Part shown: one piece after another, positions 13,873-27,894 of the stretch
Layout of the letters: every line of letters begins with the position of its first letter
Numbering within the stretch: position 1 is the first letter of the stretch
DNA from: Catajapyx aquilonaris
Lineage: Eukaryota
DNA length: 59,351 nt
Direction: 5' to 3'
Assembly (NCBI GenBank): GCA_000934665.2
Contig: KZ538606.1
Coordinates: forward strand, 1 to 59,351
Made by a program: the position numbers and the translations under genes
The notes under the pieces: generated by a model
The model's database searches: none
Told to the model about the DNA's origin: nothing
The model's input: only the letters and a program-made list of their open reading frames with translations

Positions 13873-14033
13873 TATTCTATCCAAGAACGGTATACATCTG
13901 ACAACAACATTTGTTGTCAGATGTATACCATTCTTGGATAGAATAGTGGAGAATCATATCAACTGTTCAATATAGGAGATGTCATATTTAATATGACATC
14001 TCCTACCTATATCGAACTATGATTCTCCACTAT
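13873..14033. repeat. Two abutting near-perfect palindromes (13873-13945 and 13943-14033), probably miniature foldback elements
   Basis: tattctatccaagaacggtatacatctgacaacaa-cat-ttgttgtcagatgtataccattcttggatagaata, then atagtggagaatcata..taggagatgtcatatt/aatatgacatctccta..tatgattctccactat. Confidence 0.8.
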
Positions 14034-15549
14034 CCGAAAGATCAAGGGGCATGAAATGGAGAGCCCCACAACGACCCCATTCCCCCAGAACGCACATATG
14101 ACTAGAATGGTTGGTTATAGCTAGAGTGCGAGAAAGAATCGGTCGGGGCGCGAATGGCCATAGAAGTAATTTTGTGGGGACATTTTTGCCAGGCGATTAG
14201 AGGATGGTGCTAGGGGGGAGAGGTCCGGCAGACAGATATTTGCGGAGTTAGTCAGATGGTGTATCGCGGACGTTAATGATCCATCCGAGCATCCCCTCCA
14301 GCCCCGGAGTGCGTGCAGTTAAGACCTTATTAAATGCCACGAGCTTAATTCCCAATGGCTGGCTTATGGGCTAGCATAGTTCGGAGAGTCGGCTGCGGAA
14401 TTGGGGAATTGGGAGCGGCCGTAGATGACTGCGGCCAAATGGCCAATGAAGGGCGGTGGCCTTGTGGCCGCGCGGCACAAGGTGCAGCGATCGTCGTCTT
14501 TTGTTTTATTGGCCTCTGGGGCTCATCAAGCGCCCCCGGTTCCCTGATGAGGACGCCTTGTTCCCTGGCGCAGCTGGTATTTCATAAAGGGCTCCCAGGC
14601 ATGATGGCGACGCCCGCCCTCGCCCGGAATTAAATTTATCGGTCTGCTGTTGGGGAGGTGGGAAGGGGGGGGGAGTGGGGGGGATCCAGTCAGGAATGCA
14701 TGAATTAAGATGGTCAGCTATTTAGGGCATTTAAGGCACTTCTAATTGCGCCCGGATTCTTGGGACTCGCCTCTACTGCCGGCTGCCATGACGGCGATTG
14801 GGGGGGAAGGAGTGGGTGCTGGGATGATGACGGGGAGGCAGCTACTGCTAGCTGCCTGTAATTAATGGAGGGAGGAGGACATGGCTGTTTTAGGCTACCG
14901 CTTGCACGATGCCTAGTAGCTCCCCGCACCGGCTAATGGCCAATATCGCTGCTCCCCAGCGCCCACCAGCCTAACGATGCAATTACGCCTTCATTAGCTG
15001 TTCTGCCCGCCCGCCTTTTGTTTCGCTCTGCTACTGCTGATGCTGCGGGAGATGGGGGGTACAACAGCACACTATGACTCGGCCAGGCCAGGGTGAGCTT
15101 GTATTCGTTATGTTAATGGTACAGCAGGATGGTGCTATGCTCAAGTCAGCCTCAGTCTTACTTGCTATATAGTCAGGCCCGATTTGCGCTACCCCGCTAC
15201 AGGGTGGAGCACTGACCATGTTCACAGAATAGTGGAATAATATGATTGATTATACTCACTCCAATAGCGCATTGGTACTTCATTCCCACATACACATCGC
15301 GATCTGCCAGTTGGAATGCGCATGCGTGAGTGTGAGAGTAATATAGGCCTACATCACCTTGCACCATTGTTGGAGGTGTTCACTTGGTCAGTATACTAGT
15401 ATACCGACTGCATACCAACTGAAACTGGCGAACTCATAAATAGCAATATGACGCAGGAGTGTCCGCGACATTTTTAACGAAATGCGTATGGAAGACACGT
15501 TATCGGTTATGTAAATCACAGTAGTAACGTTCGGGGATATTGTTACTTT

Positions 15550-15895
15550 TATTTTGTTTACCCCGTGATGACCCTTACGGGTTCTAAGGGGGAGGGGGGG
15601 GGGGCACCGTCATCAGTTTTCTATATTTTCTACTTCCATCTCCGGTGCAAGGAATCAAGGACATCATTGGGAAGGGATAGGGATTTTCGGGGAGGGAGCA
15701 TGGGGTGCAAGTGCATTGTCTCCATTGCGGGTCATGTGACGCTGTTCCCCAGGAGGTTAGGTTGCCAGACACCTCCAAGGTGCGGGTCAGAGGCCCTCCC
15801 GACGCAGGTGAAAGGGAACTCCCAGGCGGGGATCGAACATGGGACCTTTCACACAGCAAGCCGAGACGTTACCATCTCCCCGATTATGTTACATT
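15550..15895 (-). mobile_element. Probable tRNA-derived SINE on the minus strand
   Basis: The minus strand reads gggagatggtaacgtctcggcttgctgtgtgaaaggtcccatGTTCGATCCCCgcc (tRNA-like head with B box), then a GC-rich body and an A-rich end. Boundaries are approximate. Confidence 0.55.
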
Positions 15896-18800
15896 TAGTC
15901 AACCCGTTTTTCCTTCCTCCAGACTCTGCATGAACCCGGTATAATGATCCCACTGCAGACTGCACTTGACAGGTTTTTATTTCATACATAATGTCAACAA
16001 GGTACTATCTTCTAATTTAATACACTCGAATGCCATGACCCACACTACAGTTTCTAATAATTATTATCTGACGCGAGAATAATGGACCATATTGATATTA
16101 GTGTATATATCGTAATAAACCAATCCAACTATTACCCCAGTATACATATTAATTTCACCATTTGCCATGAATGGGCAGTTCCAAAGGGTTTCGCAAATAT
16201 TGGGGATCCGCGGAGAATTGTATGAAGACGATGTGTTAATAACTACGAAAATTGACAGTGTTATGGGTGAATTCAAAACTGCAATGACATTGATATACGA
16301 TGAGACTGACCAGGACATCAGAACAGTGTTCTCTCACAGCATTTTGATATCGGTATAATGAGATATGTGTTTCCTGGGCTTCCTTGTCTCACTTGGCTGA
16401 CTTTAATTCATATGGCTCCTTCCCAAGACTGTGTCATATAAACCTAGACGAGAGAATTGAGTAGGAGGAAGTGATTTTAGCTCTATGTAACACCGGGCAC
16501 AATATTATATCCCGAGTCCAATGCTGGGTATAAATGAAAGCAAATGCAAATGCATACGTACAATATTATAAGAAAATTCCTGATACACGTTGCTACCTCG
16601 CAGTTCCAAATCTGCAAATGGTGAATTAGGGCAATTTTTCTACATGCAATCTTGAGGCACGACATGTGTCTCCCCACCCACTGATTGGCCCAGCTCGGGA
16701 GTGTATGATTATAGACAACATCCCCAAAGCGCGTTTTGGACAAAAGGGGACTCGGAATGAGATGGAAGGGAAAAGTGGTAGCAGTTAAGACTCAAAGTGA
16801 GAGAGCACGCTATATCCGTCGGGTAGTTTAGCGGGTGGATGGGCAGCGCGTGCGTTTTATCCATCCCTCGTCGATTGGCGAATGAAAAGCAGCCCCCCCT
16901 CTCTCCCTCTTCCCCCTTCATCCTCTCCCCAGCTTCCCCCCCTACCGTTCTTCCTTGCTACAGTCCCTCTCGGCGTGAACCAAGTCCATCCCTCGGGACA
17001 TGTCGACAGAAAATTAATTCCTTATTCCCAGGAGAGCCGCAAAAGTATCCCCCCCCTCTACCTCCCTCCCCCGCCATTCCCCACACCCCATATGCTTGGT
17101 GGAAATTGCCATCCAGCATCAGAGGCTAGGGCTTGTAGGCCGGCCAGGAATGTAGCTGGGGAGTGAGCATTGCGGAGTTGGGATGGATTAGAGTGCTGCG
17201 ATGGATGCATTCATGGCTAGAGGGGTATGGGGGGGGGGGAGTGGGGGGATCCCACTCAAAAGGAGATTAATTTGCTGGCCGACGTGCCCATCAACCTAAT
17301 CGACACTTGAGCCGCTAATCAAACGTGTAAAGGTTCGGTGGCCCAGGGAATAAGTTGACCCCGCCAGGGATTTGCCTTCTATTGTGCAAACAGCTTCCCA
17401 TTGCTTCCTTGTGACGTCACTTTCAATGTGGAAGGATTAGCCAGCAAGTTGGTATCGTGTACTGGTCTATTCTCAGGAATAGGGGATATTGAGATGGGGG
17501 GGGGGATGAGGGAATACTTAATTAGTGGAATCCCCCCCCCCTCCTCCATATACCGTAGTTGTATTTTTTAAAGCAGGTGTATACGACACAGTACAATACA
17601 ATGGTCATCACCATAAAATGTACGAAAAACCTTTCCCAGCCTATTTGTTCCCAAAAATTGTTTAAGGAAAAATTGTAAATAGAATATGTACTCTTGCTTC
17701 GCGTGGGTCGACATCTGTCATGATGTGACTGAGTGGGTGTTTTTATATTATTGTAGACCTACCAGTCTGACCCATCGCCCTCTTCCATTTCCAGAGGGCC
17801 AATTGCCCCACCCTTAAATCCCTGGGGCCAACAGTTCATTGTCCCTCTCCAGTCATGTCTTCTTGCAATATGCCTCTGCCCAGGGGGTGTTTTGGGGGTG
17901 GGGAGTTGATGGCTTCTGGGTGAGAGGTCTGCAGGAAGTTCACGTAATGTATCACAAATAGCATTGTAGGTAAATCTGATGGCAGTTCCTAGTTACAGTC
18001 CCAGTCACATGTGGCATATGGTGTTAAAGAGTGCTTGAACTGCATAGAGACTCAAGTTGTCTAGGAAATATTCGTGTAAAACACACCACAATTGTGCTTC
18101 TTCACGAAGTCTATATACAGTATTGATAAGAAGATAGGTAGGGTGTATCAACCTCCTGGAGCATAACTGTAAACATACTTTTGTGCAGAAATCCTACTTG
18201 CAAGAATAACAATCGCAACTAAAATAATAACGTATTTAACACAATATGTGAAATCTCATAAATAACGTGCTCCAAATGGTAGTATTCCACCCCCCTATAA
18301 GAGGGCCTATAGGGCCCTAACATGGGGTACGAATAAAAATAAAGATAAATAAATAACTCTCTCCCACAGCATCCTTGAACAGCAGAAGACTCACAGAAAG
18401 CAATACAATTCCTACCAACTCCACAATTTTTCCTACCCTCTAATACTGAAAAGGCAGCTTTAATTAGGTCTGAAACCCTAGCTGCAAAATGGATCCGCCA
18501 TGTCTCTTCCTCCACCCCTCCGGTTTCAATTACGGTTTCATAAGGTCCGTTCAAGCGGGTATTTCGTTCGGTATTTATGAGAAGGGGGTGCCCTATCCTC
18601 CATATGGGTGCAAAAATGGTGGCAGTAGTGAGCATCAGGCGGCGCAACATCGAAGGCATGGTGTCAGAGAAGCAGGCAGCGAGCGCATGTAATATTGAAA
18701 GCGGGTCCGGAGCTGGTATAGTAGAGAAGGTTGGCAGGGGGGGTAGGAGGTGGTAGGAGGAGAGGGGGAAAAAAAGCGTGGAAAAAAAAAAGCTAGGCGG

Positions 18801-21741
18801 AATTCCCAGCAGAGAAATCGTGGCAGCGCGGTTGATCGCTTTCCCGCGCCCAGCCCGCCTGTTTATTTTATCACTTAGCGTAATTAGATGGGACCGCGCA
18901 CAATACGAGCACGGGCGCAGCCATTCTACCCTCACCTTAGTGGCCTTTGGAGACACCTAACCACTATTTGCTCGGCTTAATTCCACCGTCTCCTGCAAAG
19001 GGGAAAGCCGGTCCCAAAGACCAACCGACATCTACTCGACTTGCCACAACTAACTAACGCTCTATAAGCCACCTCATCTCCCCCCCCCCCCACCTCCCCT
19101 CCACCAGCCTCTGCAGCACTCGATGTCGTTTGGCACACAGGTGGGGAGTGTGTGCTCTCTGTCGAAAAGAGTGGAGTTGAAAATAACCAATGTTATCTGG
19201 GAGTCTGCTGCTGACGACTGTACTCCGGGGCTGGCTTGTATTGGAATGGAATGGGCTAGTGTGTGTACACCGCTCAGCCAATCTCCACGTTAAAACTTGG
19301 GTAAATAGCTTGGCTTGACGCTCTAGTGGAATTGCCAGGAATTATTCTACGCCACTCCACTGAAAATTGCCAAAGGGAATGTCTATAGCTGGAGAGGATG
19401 GGGATGGGGGATGGGGGGTGGAAAAAAAAGGCGAAAATGCGCTTGGGTTTGGAGTATATAGACTGTGGTTCTGAATTGAACATAAACTAATTAATTTGGT
19501 GCATATGTGAGACGAAAGTCACATACAGTCGTTTCGATTCAGGAGGAAAATCAGGGGGGGAGCATATACTGCATGGGGTGGGGGGAAATGTCATTCACTA
19601 GGTGTCAACTATGATTTGTGATTTGTGACAAGTAATCAGCAGGGTGTGTTCCAGAAAGTGCGACAGTTGTTGCCATAACACGGTATTTCGCAAAATTCCT
19701 ATTTAATTATAATACACCTGCATTGTGTGAACTGCTGGAGTAGGTTTGTCTATAGTGGTAGAAATGTTACAGCAACACGAGTACAGCGTCCATATTTGTC
19801 TACTTTATTGGCAGCTGAATTTCGGGAGGGAACAAAAGCGGGACAAAGGGATCCAGTTTGTAATGTTACAAATTTACATGTCAGATGGCGGGAATAGCAA
19901 TTGACAACGGGTCTATTCAACTGTGAGATGTTCTGTATGATACTGTCAGCATCAACACGTATCGACTGTTAGGCCTATTTCCTTCCGGGCCAAAACAAAT
20001 ATGGCGCTAATGAAAAGCGGCTTTTAGCATTCGAGTCTCAAAAAATCAATATCTCAACTTCAAAGCAATCTTTCACGTCGGCACCTCAACCACCTGACAC
20101 TTTTGCAGGTGCTTCCAATAATAAGTGTCCTTTGATAACATTGCCATTATGTTCCTTGTACGAGGTATACTGGACTAGTTTAGCAGCTTCATAATTTCCT
20201 TTGCCTGCTTTCATTGTGTTTGTGCAGGAAAAAAATTGTGGATATAAAAACTGAAACAAAACGGAAGCATTTCACTTTTAAATTTAAATTTCCGTAACAA
20301 AATACCATCAATATGCATACTCATACACTGTACAATACATGTGATGCAGAGTCTATGCAATGAAAATATAATTCAAAATTGTTGAATCGTTCATGGCAAG
20401 CTGTTACAGTAATGTAAATAATGAGTACTTTTAAGTTACAGTGTCAAAATTTCGATATTGTCAATATCATAAGGATGGTTATCGTCCCGGAATTCGAGTC
20501 CTGTTAATTGTGTCCTTCTGTTAGTTTTTTTTTTCTCCAGAGAGAAAATTTACTGGAGGAGCCCATGATAATAATTTATAGCAGGTTAATAGTGGGACGA
20601 GAAAGTTGTCCATTTCTATAATTAATACTATTCTTGATGTCCTATATGACATGTTACACAGTTGAGAGGGAGAGAGGAAGTGGCTCCCTGAAAATTTGCT
20701 TACCTCTTTAGAGATCTCATGCTAAGGTTTTTTAAAGAAATAATCATTTATTGCGGTGTGACATATATGATCGAATAACACGTTTACAAACCGACTCGTG
20801 GAAGTACAATAAAAAATCAATCAACCACATTATATTATTATGAAACTGTTTTTAAGGATATGTTAGCATCACTCAAGTTAGATTGATGACCGAATATTTT
20901 TCTTGCTGGATAGTCGCAATAAGTCAGAGCGGTGTCCTGGACACAAATGAACTCTCTTCCACATTGCTGGAATGCGTTAGCAAGAGCAAGTTTTAGGTAA
21001 AGCATATAATATAGAGTAGGGTTTTCTCCTGTTCGTGCCAGGAAAGCAGACAGGGAGCGAGGCAGCAGGCGGAGTAGGGACAGAACGTCGATAGCTTGGT
21101 CTCCGTCCATCAGATAAACGAGCACGGCAAAAGCGAGCACTGGCCGTCCCCTCGCTAAACGCACCCTCCCTAATTGCCAATTTCGCTTCTTGATTAGCTG
21201 CCGTACGCAAATTTGGCCTCGGAAATTCTCCACTGCCAGAAGCAGATTCACGGAAACGTTCCCCACAATGGCGCCTAACCCCCTCCTCTCTCCTTCTTTT
21301 CTACTTGCTTCATGCTCTACCAGTTTGTCTATCCTTCCAAGGATGGGGAATCATTCAACTTCGGCCATTTTATAATCGGTCTATTACAGGCAGTCTGCTC
21401 AAATGAGTCTGGTCGTCTCATCTACAAAATATTTCCACCATTTTGAAAATCTGTACTTGAATCAGCACCAGATACTGTATACAATACCGGTATATCAAGA
21501 GTGTGTATAAGTTTATTATTATTATCATCACATAATATGTTATGCATAGACCATTGCATTATAAACTTGTTCATTCGAGCATCACGTCGTTAATTTGACA
21601 AAATAACATATTTGCCAAAATTGCGTTATGGCCTCTGCTAGCACCAATCAAGTGTTGGGTCACATTCGGACAAAACGGCGAGCACATGGGACAAGTGGCG
21701 TCAGAGTTAGAACGGAAAATCCAAACGCCATCCTATATGTA

Positions 21742-22302
21742 CAGTTGACTCTGGATATAACAGACTTCAAGGGACCGGTGAAAAAGTATATTATAACCGA
21801 GGTCTGTTATAGCCAAATGACCACTTTTGCAACTAATACACCCGTTTTCTGCTTTCCGCCATATGCTTATAATGCACACTACTGCATTTAATGATAAAAC
21901 TATCCACAAAAGTGCAAAATTAGCTCAACCATAAATTAGGGAGAACCAAAAAATACCGCAATTTTCTTCTGCCGTCTCCTTTCCTTGTCGCGAGATATAC
22001 TAGAAAAAGTATGATTTTTCGTATAGCCTAGATCAGTGGCAGATGAGAAAATCACCCCATCCAGTATTCTCTGCCTTTCTGCGCGTGGGAAATGAATTTT
22101 AATAATAAAAACATCATATTTTCCCTCCGAAGGGCCAAAAAATGGTCTGTTATAGCCGAGGTTAGGTGAAAATGAGTCTGTTAAATCAGGAGTAAAAATA
22201 CACATGGCCTTATGGGGAGTATGGAGGGACCGGCCGCGGCCTTTCGAGTCTGTTATAACCGAAAGCCCATTCTATCCGAGCTGTTATATCCGGAGTCAAC
22301 TG
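21742..22302. mobile_element. pogo/Tigger-like non-autonomous DNA transposon (561 bp), TA target duplication
   Basis: ta|cagttgactctggatataacag ... ctgttatatccggagtcaactg|ta, with repeated internal tctgttata(a/g)cc subterminal motifs. Confidence 0.88.
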
Positions 22303-24367
22303 TATTTGTATAGCGGTTTGCAGGTTTATTTTCGCTCTTCTGTAAAATTATGAAAAAGTGTGAATTCGTCCTTTTGTCAAAACTACGACGATCATATATA
22401 TGAAGACCTTAAATAATGTTGAATGATCAGAATAACATTTAACTGATTTCAAGACATGAGCGTTTAAAGAATACTATTAATATATATTTAATGTTATTTA
22501 ATATTATTTAATATCACTTAAAATATAGAATATGGACTACCCACGTGGAATATGCTGTCAGATGCGTAAAGCAGCAACATGCGAAATTTTTTATCGTCAT
22601 TGCTGCCAGTAAAATAACCTAATGTATGATGCAAAATGTGGTGTGTAGTCTACAATGCAGTATATGTACAGTACAGTATTCACCAATGTGTTTATGAGCG
22701 ATATAAAACAACAGTTTTTCTGCATCATAATTATTCATATGCAAATTATGCATAACGTATATATGGTTGCATCAGCTGTCACAGACACAACAAAATGAAT
22801 ACATTTGACGAAGCAAGCAGTATTTATAGAGTCTCGTGTAGGCTACAGTACGTACAGATCACAATGGCATCTGAAGGTGCGACATACTGTATAGTGTAGG
22901 TCATAAGCCATAAATTATAATAAAATCAATTTGTTGTAGGCCTACGGGAGAGGAATGTGTCCGCAAAATGGACATTTTAGGTAAGCTTATGAAAATGATG
23001 TGTGGGTCATGATTACAATATTCCTTGAATTCCAATGAAAAATTAGCCAGCACAAAGACAACCAGCTGATGAAATAACATACCTCACTAGTAAATACAAA
23101 TGCATGTACTGCACTTAACAATATGTTGTTTTCCTCATAATGTCACTCACTAATGACATGAGATGGTCTGTCATGCTTGGCTAGCTGATACAAGTAATAA
23201 AAATGAACGCTATGTTTACCAGGAACCTGATCCAGTCGGCAAAACAAGCACACAAACATGGAAAAGGTTACATTATAGGTGGAAAATAAGTGGGCAAAAA
23301 AGTGGAGCTGTTTCCAATTACATCTTTCAACCTAATTAAGGTTGTCCTTGAAGAAGCTTCAAGTAGATCGAAAACTACGCTTGACTTTTTCTATTCAAAT
23401 AAGCGGCAATTTCGCGATACGAATATTGCATGACGGAGTGCTCTATTTTTAGTTGACAGTGGAGTCTGTGTAGGCATTTCCTTCGACTTGGTACATCAGA
23501 TATCGAGTTAACTGTGCCTTGAATCAGAGCTTTTTCGTAAACGTGCAATCGGGTCCAATAGTAACTCAATATATTCATGTTGAAAAAATGCAGCATCAGT
23601 TACCTAACTATACGCAAATGATAAGAATTCATTAAAGTACTGACACAAAAAAACATGGTTGGTTAGCATAAAACAGAATCGCCTATAAGACCCACATCTC
23701 ATCATTCTAAAATTATCCTCGGTGCAATGAGATTCACTTTCCACTACGCTTATCACAAATGATACATTGGAGACCATCATATCTGCAAGGTAATTAGACG
23801 CTGCCACTGCCAGAACCCCTACTTTCGAAACGTAATTGCACATGATCAGTACCCAACCTACAAGGTTCATACCCTCAGCTTATTTGGCCTCCTCCATGCA
23901 GGGACCACCTGATTCCCAGCCCCCTATATGCCTCTTCCAAGTGACAGTTAAGTGCGACATCCTGTACAACATGCAATTAGACCTGCAATTAATAGGTGAC
24001 AAGATTTCTGACGTGTACTATCCGAGGGCGTCAGTTGGCCAGCCGATCTCTCCTTCGGCCCACATTCTACTTATTGCATATAGTTTGAATAAATGTGATT
24101 CCTCGCTCCGTTCCCCGGGCCGGATGTGCTGACGGAAGTAATTCGTTATTGTTTGACCCAAGGTCTTCAATTTCGAAATGAACTAATCAGACTCATTGTG
24201 GGGTCGGATGCTTGCAAACAGGTTGCCGGGCCAACCGGAAATATACTCTTCGTGGCACAGCAGCGTTTGCAGCCAGCTGCTGATGCTGCATACATCCCCA
24301 GGTTGCTACCTGCAGGACACCTCCAGTTATGACATATTAATGACATCAGTGCCTCTATATGTTGCAG

Positions 24368-24452
24368 GACTGGGAGGTACGGATATCTGCAAGGACTACA
24401 ACGGGGACAACGTTGGGTTCAACAAAAAGAAGAAAAAGAAGAGGCGACATCG
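24368..24452 (+). CDS. Vsx: Vsx homeobox gene, internal coding exon A (GLGGTDICKDYNGDNVGFNKKKKKKRRHR; basic NLS and homeodomain N-terminal arm)
   Basis: Acceptor gttgcag| at 24367 and donor CG|gtaatg at 24453. The exon ends in phase 2 and joins the G at 25174 to rebuild the Arg of RRHR-TIF, typical of Vsx homeodomains. It starts in phase 1, so an upstream exon is required. Confidence 0.88.
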
Positions 24453-25173
24453 GTAATGTATTTACTTTCTTTACAGGGATTTTTTAAGCAGTCGAAAATT
24501 GAAGGGCAAATGCAAGCAATTACATTGTTTTGAACACGACCACTTTTTTAAAGTAATGGGTATGTACCGGTACTGCATGTCAAAAAAAAGGTCGGCCAAA
24601 GAAAGTGCAATTTTGTGATCATGAGACAGCAGTATAGGTAATGATAGGTACCATCTGTTGTTAGTCTAGTTAACTTTCCAACTAATTACAGTATTAGTTT
24701 GTTGAATCATTTTCTGATCACTCTTAACACCTGAAATTCACTTCTTTTGACTGTTTTCCCCGAGTGCTTAACCAATCAGATTTTAAAGCGACTTCTTCGT
24801 CATCTTGAGCAAAATATGTTATTAAATCGACTGATAAACGTTTTAAAGAATATAGTGGTGCTGAGTCAGTTATAGGTTTGAGTGCGTGATAGATAGTAAA
24901 TTCAGAAAAGTGACTGATCGTTGTTGTTCATTGCTAGTATCAAAAATCTCTCAATAATAACAAAAGGATCAACAACTTCTTCTGGGTTTACTGTTCATCA
25001 CGTACTCTAAACTTAATATAGAAACGAAACCGAAAAGCCCTGGAAGCTATAGTTTAGTAATACTTTTGGTCCTTTGAAATTCTCACAACTCCAAACAAAC
25101 GGCTTGTAACCTTGTGCCTGATGATGAAGAAGAGAAAACAAAATATGTGATGGCATGCAACATTTCATTATAG

Positions 25174-25297
25174 GACCATCTTCACCAGCTACCAACTTGA
25201 AGAGCTGGAGAAGGCATTCAAAGAAGCCCACTACCCGGACGTGTACGCCAGAGAAATGCTTTCCCTCAAAACAGACCTTCCCGAGGACCGCATTCAG
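25174..25297 (+). CDS. Vsx: Vsx exon B: homeodomain helices 1-2 to start of helix 3 ([41 protein letters not shown])
   Basis: Manual translation in a frame absent from the ORF track. Acceptor tttcattatag|, donor CAG|gtatgc. The sequence matches the Vsx/Chx10 homeodomain, with the intron at the canonical paired-class position between IQ and VWF. Confidence 0.96.
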
Positions 25298-27894
25298 GTA
25301 TGCACCACATCCCCCTTTTGACATGATTTTTTTTTTCCCCGGTACGGTACGTTCGAATATTTGTTTCCAATATTTTGCTGGGATTGTGCCAGGACCAAAT
25401 CTATCAGGTTGTGGTCTTATACGCACCACAGGTCCAACTCTTTGGTCAATGCTAATTTCCGACAGCAAATGGAAAAATAACACCGGCAATCATGGCTGGG
25501 AATTGACGTCCTTGTTCTTTTTTATTGACAATCAATTGGAAAATGGTTCCTGCGTCCAAGTGGTTGCTAAATATATCGTTTTTCTATTAGGAGTACCGTG
25601 CATTCCCAATAACTTCTACACATGTCCGCAATTGCGTCACATAACATTGTGTATGGGTCACTTGATTTACGCCCCGCTCTCATTAACTCGAAAAATTGCT
25701 CTGCTTTGCTAGAATCTTTGCAATCAACAAAATTCAATATCCGGGGATTGCAATTATTTTTCCTCATGAATATGTGAACAGCACAAATTAAAGTCGATTT
25801 GCCGTACACGGAATCCTACTTGTCACCCTTCCCATACCCAAAACGTGAAGTATCATCATTAGTACTGGGTGGAAAAAAAATTATAGAGTTGCAGAGTACA
25901 GCACGTGTAGTCCATACTAACGGATATTCCTTTTCACTTACACACCATGCAGTGTTAACAACCTTTGGACTATGAAAGTGTCTATAAAATGCGGTTGATG
26001 ACCAAATCCAGGTATGTCGTAATATACAGCACTTAATTCGCATCCGACATAATTATGTATCCGGTGACCAATTTACATAAAAATTAATAGTCTTCCCTAT
26101 ACGTAAATTCTGTTGCAACATTAATGAACGAGAGCCTTGGAAAAGCAAACCTCGAAACGAAAAGTCATGATGAATCTTCTCTCCTTTTATACGTCTCGTG
26201 ACTTACGGACAATTACACCTGTCACTTCTTTCCTTCCTTTATTCGAAACACAATGAATTCCCCAAGCATGGTGGTCACCCCCCCCCNCACCCCCCCCCCC
26301 CCAATCTCAAAAAAAAAGAAATAAAAAGAAAACACAAACCTTGAAGTCCCTCCACCTTGTAACCGTCACGACGTTTTGTTGGGCCGGGCTACTCGGCGAG
26401 GCATTTAGTGTTATTATCTCAAGTGAGGTCTAGCAAAATTAGGAGCGAGTGGGCTGGCACACCAAGCACTTTTCTTAACACTATACATATTACCAGGTAA
26501 ACTTCCCTAACCTTTACTTTCAGTGCACTGAACGTTGTAGACAACCCACTGCATCTTGGTATGTCAGAAAATATGTAGTAGGGCAGGTTTGTATCAAGGT
26601 TGGACTTTGACGGGGATATACAAGAGGCATATTCAGCACAGTTCTGCCTTGAGGAGGCAGTACATACAGTATAAACCCCCTAACCGAGGAGGAGGAGGAG
26701 GATAGATAAAAAAAAATATCTCGGAACATTCGCTCCAGTGATACCTATCCCGAATGTAGTGCCAACGGGTGGGGATGCCAAGCGCCGATGGCGCGCAATG
26801 GGGACGAAGCCCAACAGGGGGTGAGAGGGGGTGCGACAGGGCGAAGCTCCACCGCTGAGAGTATCGAGTCGTATATGTATATGCATGCATGGTACTGTAC
26901 GGATGATCGGATCGAGGAATAGGTAGAGGGGTGAGAAAATGTCGCCTGAAGTCATATTGGTGAGTGCAGTAGGAAGCAATAACGCACAGCTGCGTGTATC
27001 ATCGAATCCATCAGGCGTAGATTTGGCCACGACCCGCAAAATGCAAAAGGGTGGCCTATGCCTGCAAAACCCGCCGCCAGGGATAGACCTCCGCACACCC
27101 CCATCCTGGTCCCCCCCCCCCCCCCCCCCCCNNNNNNNNNNNNCCACCATATCCCCCTACACCACCAGCACCAACTCGGATTGGGAATTTCAAATCGGAT
27201 CGATTCCATATTTGCATGCCGTGCCCACCCAGCTATGGAACTATGGAGGAGGGGAATTCGTTTCTCTGGAAATCTCCTCTTTCCCTCCCCACCTCCCTCC
27301 ATCCCTCCCTCCCCATTTCCCTCCCTCCCTATATGCACGCTCTGCTCGCCTGTCTCCACCCATTTATTCTTCCTGCCACATTTACAGCAAAACGTATCGT
27401 TGGAGAGAGCCAACGCAGCGTTCCTCAACTGAATTTTCACTCTGCCAAAAATGGCGACGGGCCTCGTTTCGTGCCCCATGCATTAAGCAGTCATTATCAG
27501 AGTGTAAGTTTGCGTCACATTTATCACGCTTGATCAGCTACTACGGAATGTGCAGGGGTTTTCAGCATTTACAAAGTGCAGATATTGAAGGAAAAGTCGA
27601 AACCTGACACATGTCTAGGTTGGTGTGAATCAATCTGTAATGGGCACATATGCAGTAAGATGGGCAGGTTTACAAGTTTCAAGGACCCTTGCCACATATA
27701 CGAAGGCATTGCCACCGACTCTGAAAAGTGACCATTTAGTACTAACTGTAATTCCTCAATTGTTTTATGAATAAGTAAAGTGAAAAAAGTAAAAGCCATC
27801 CAAGCTCTGGAAGGAGGTCGGACATTCTGAAACATACGAGATTCACCTGATTTTCCGACCCATATGGTTTAAACAATCTGCGACCAACCGAGGG

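Noticed and set aside
18219..18956. 245 aa minus-strand ORF
   Set aside because: GTG start, low-complexity composition and no recognisable domain; lies in a regulatory-like island.
25155..25712. 185 aa + strand ORF (and 158 aa antisense ORF 25013-25489) over exon B
   Set aside because: Wrong frame or strand; the homeodomain is encoded in another frame bounded by splice sites.
26680..27607. Cluster of overlapping 105-222 aa ORFs
   Set aside because: Produced by GC-rich, poly-C sequence and an N gap; no domain motifs in any frame.
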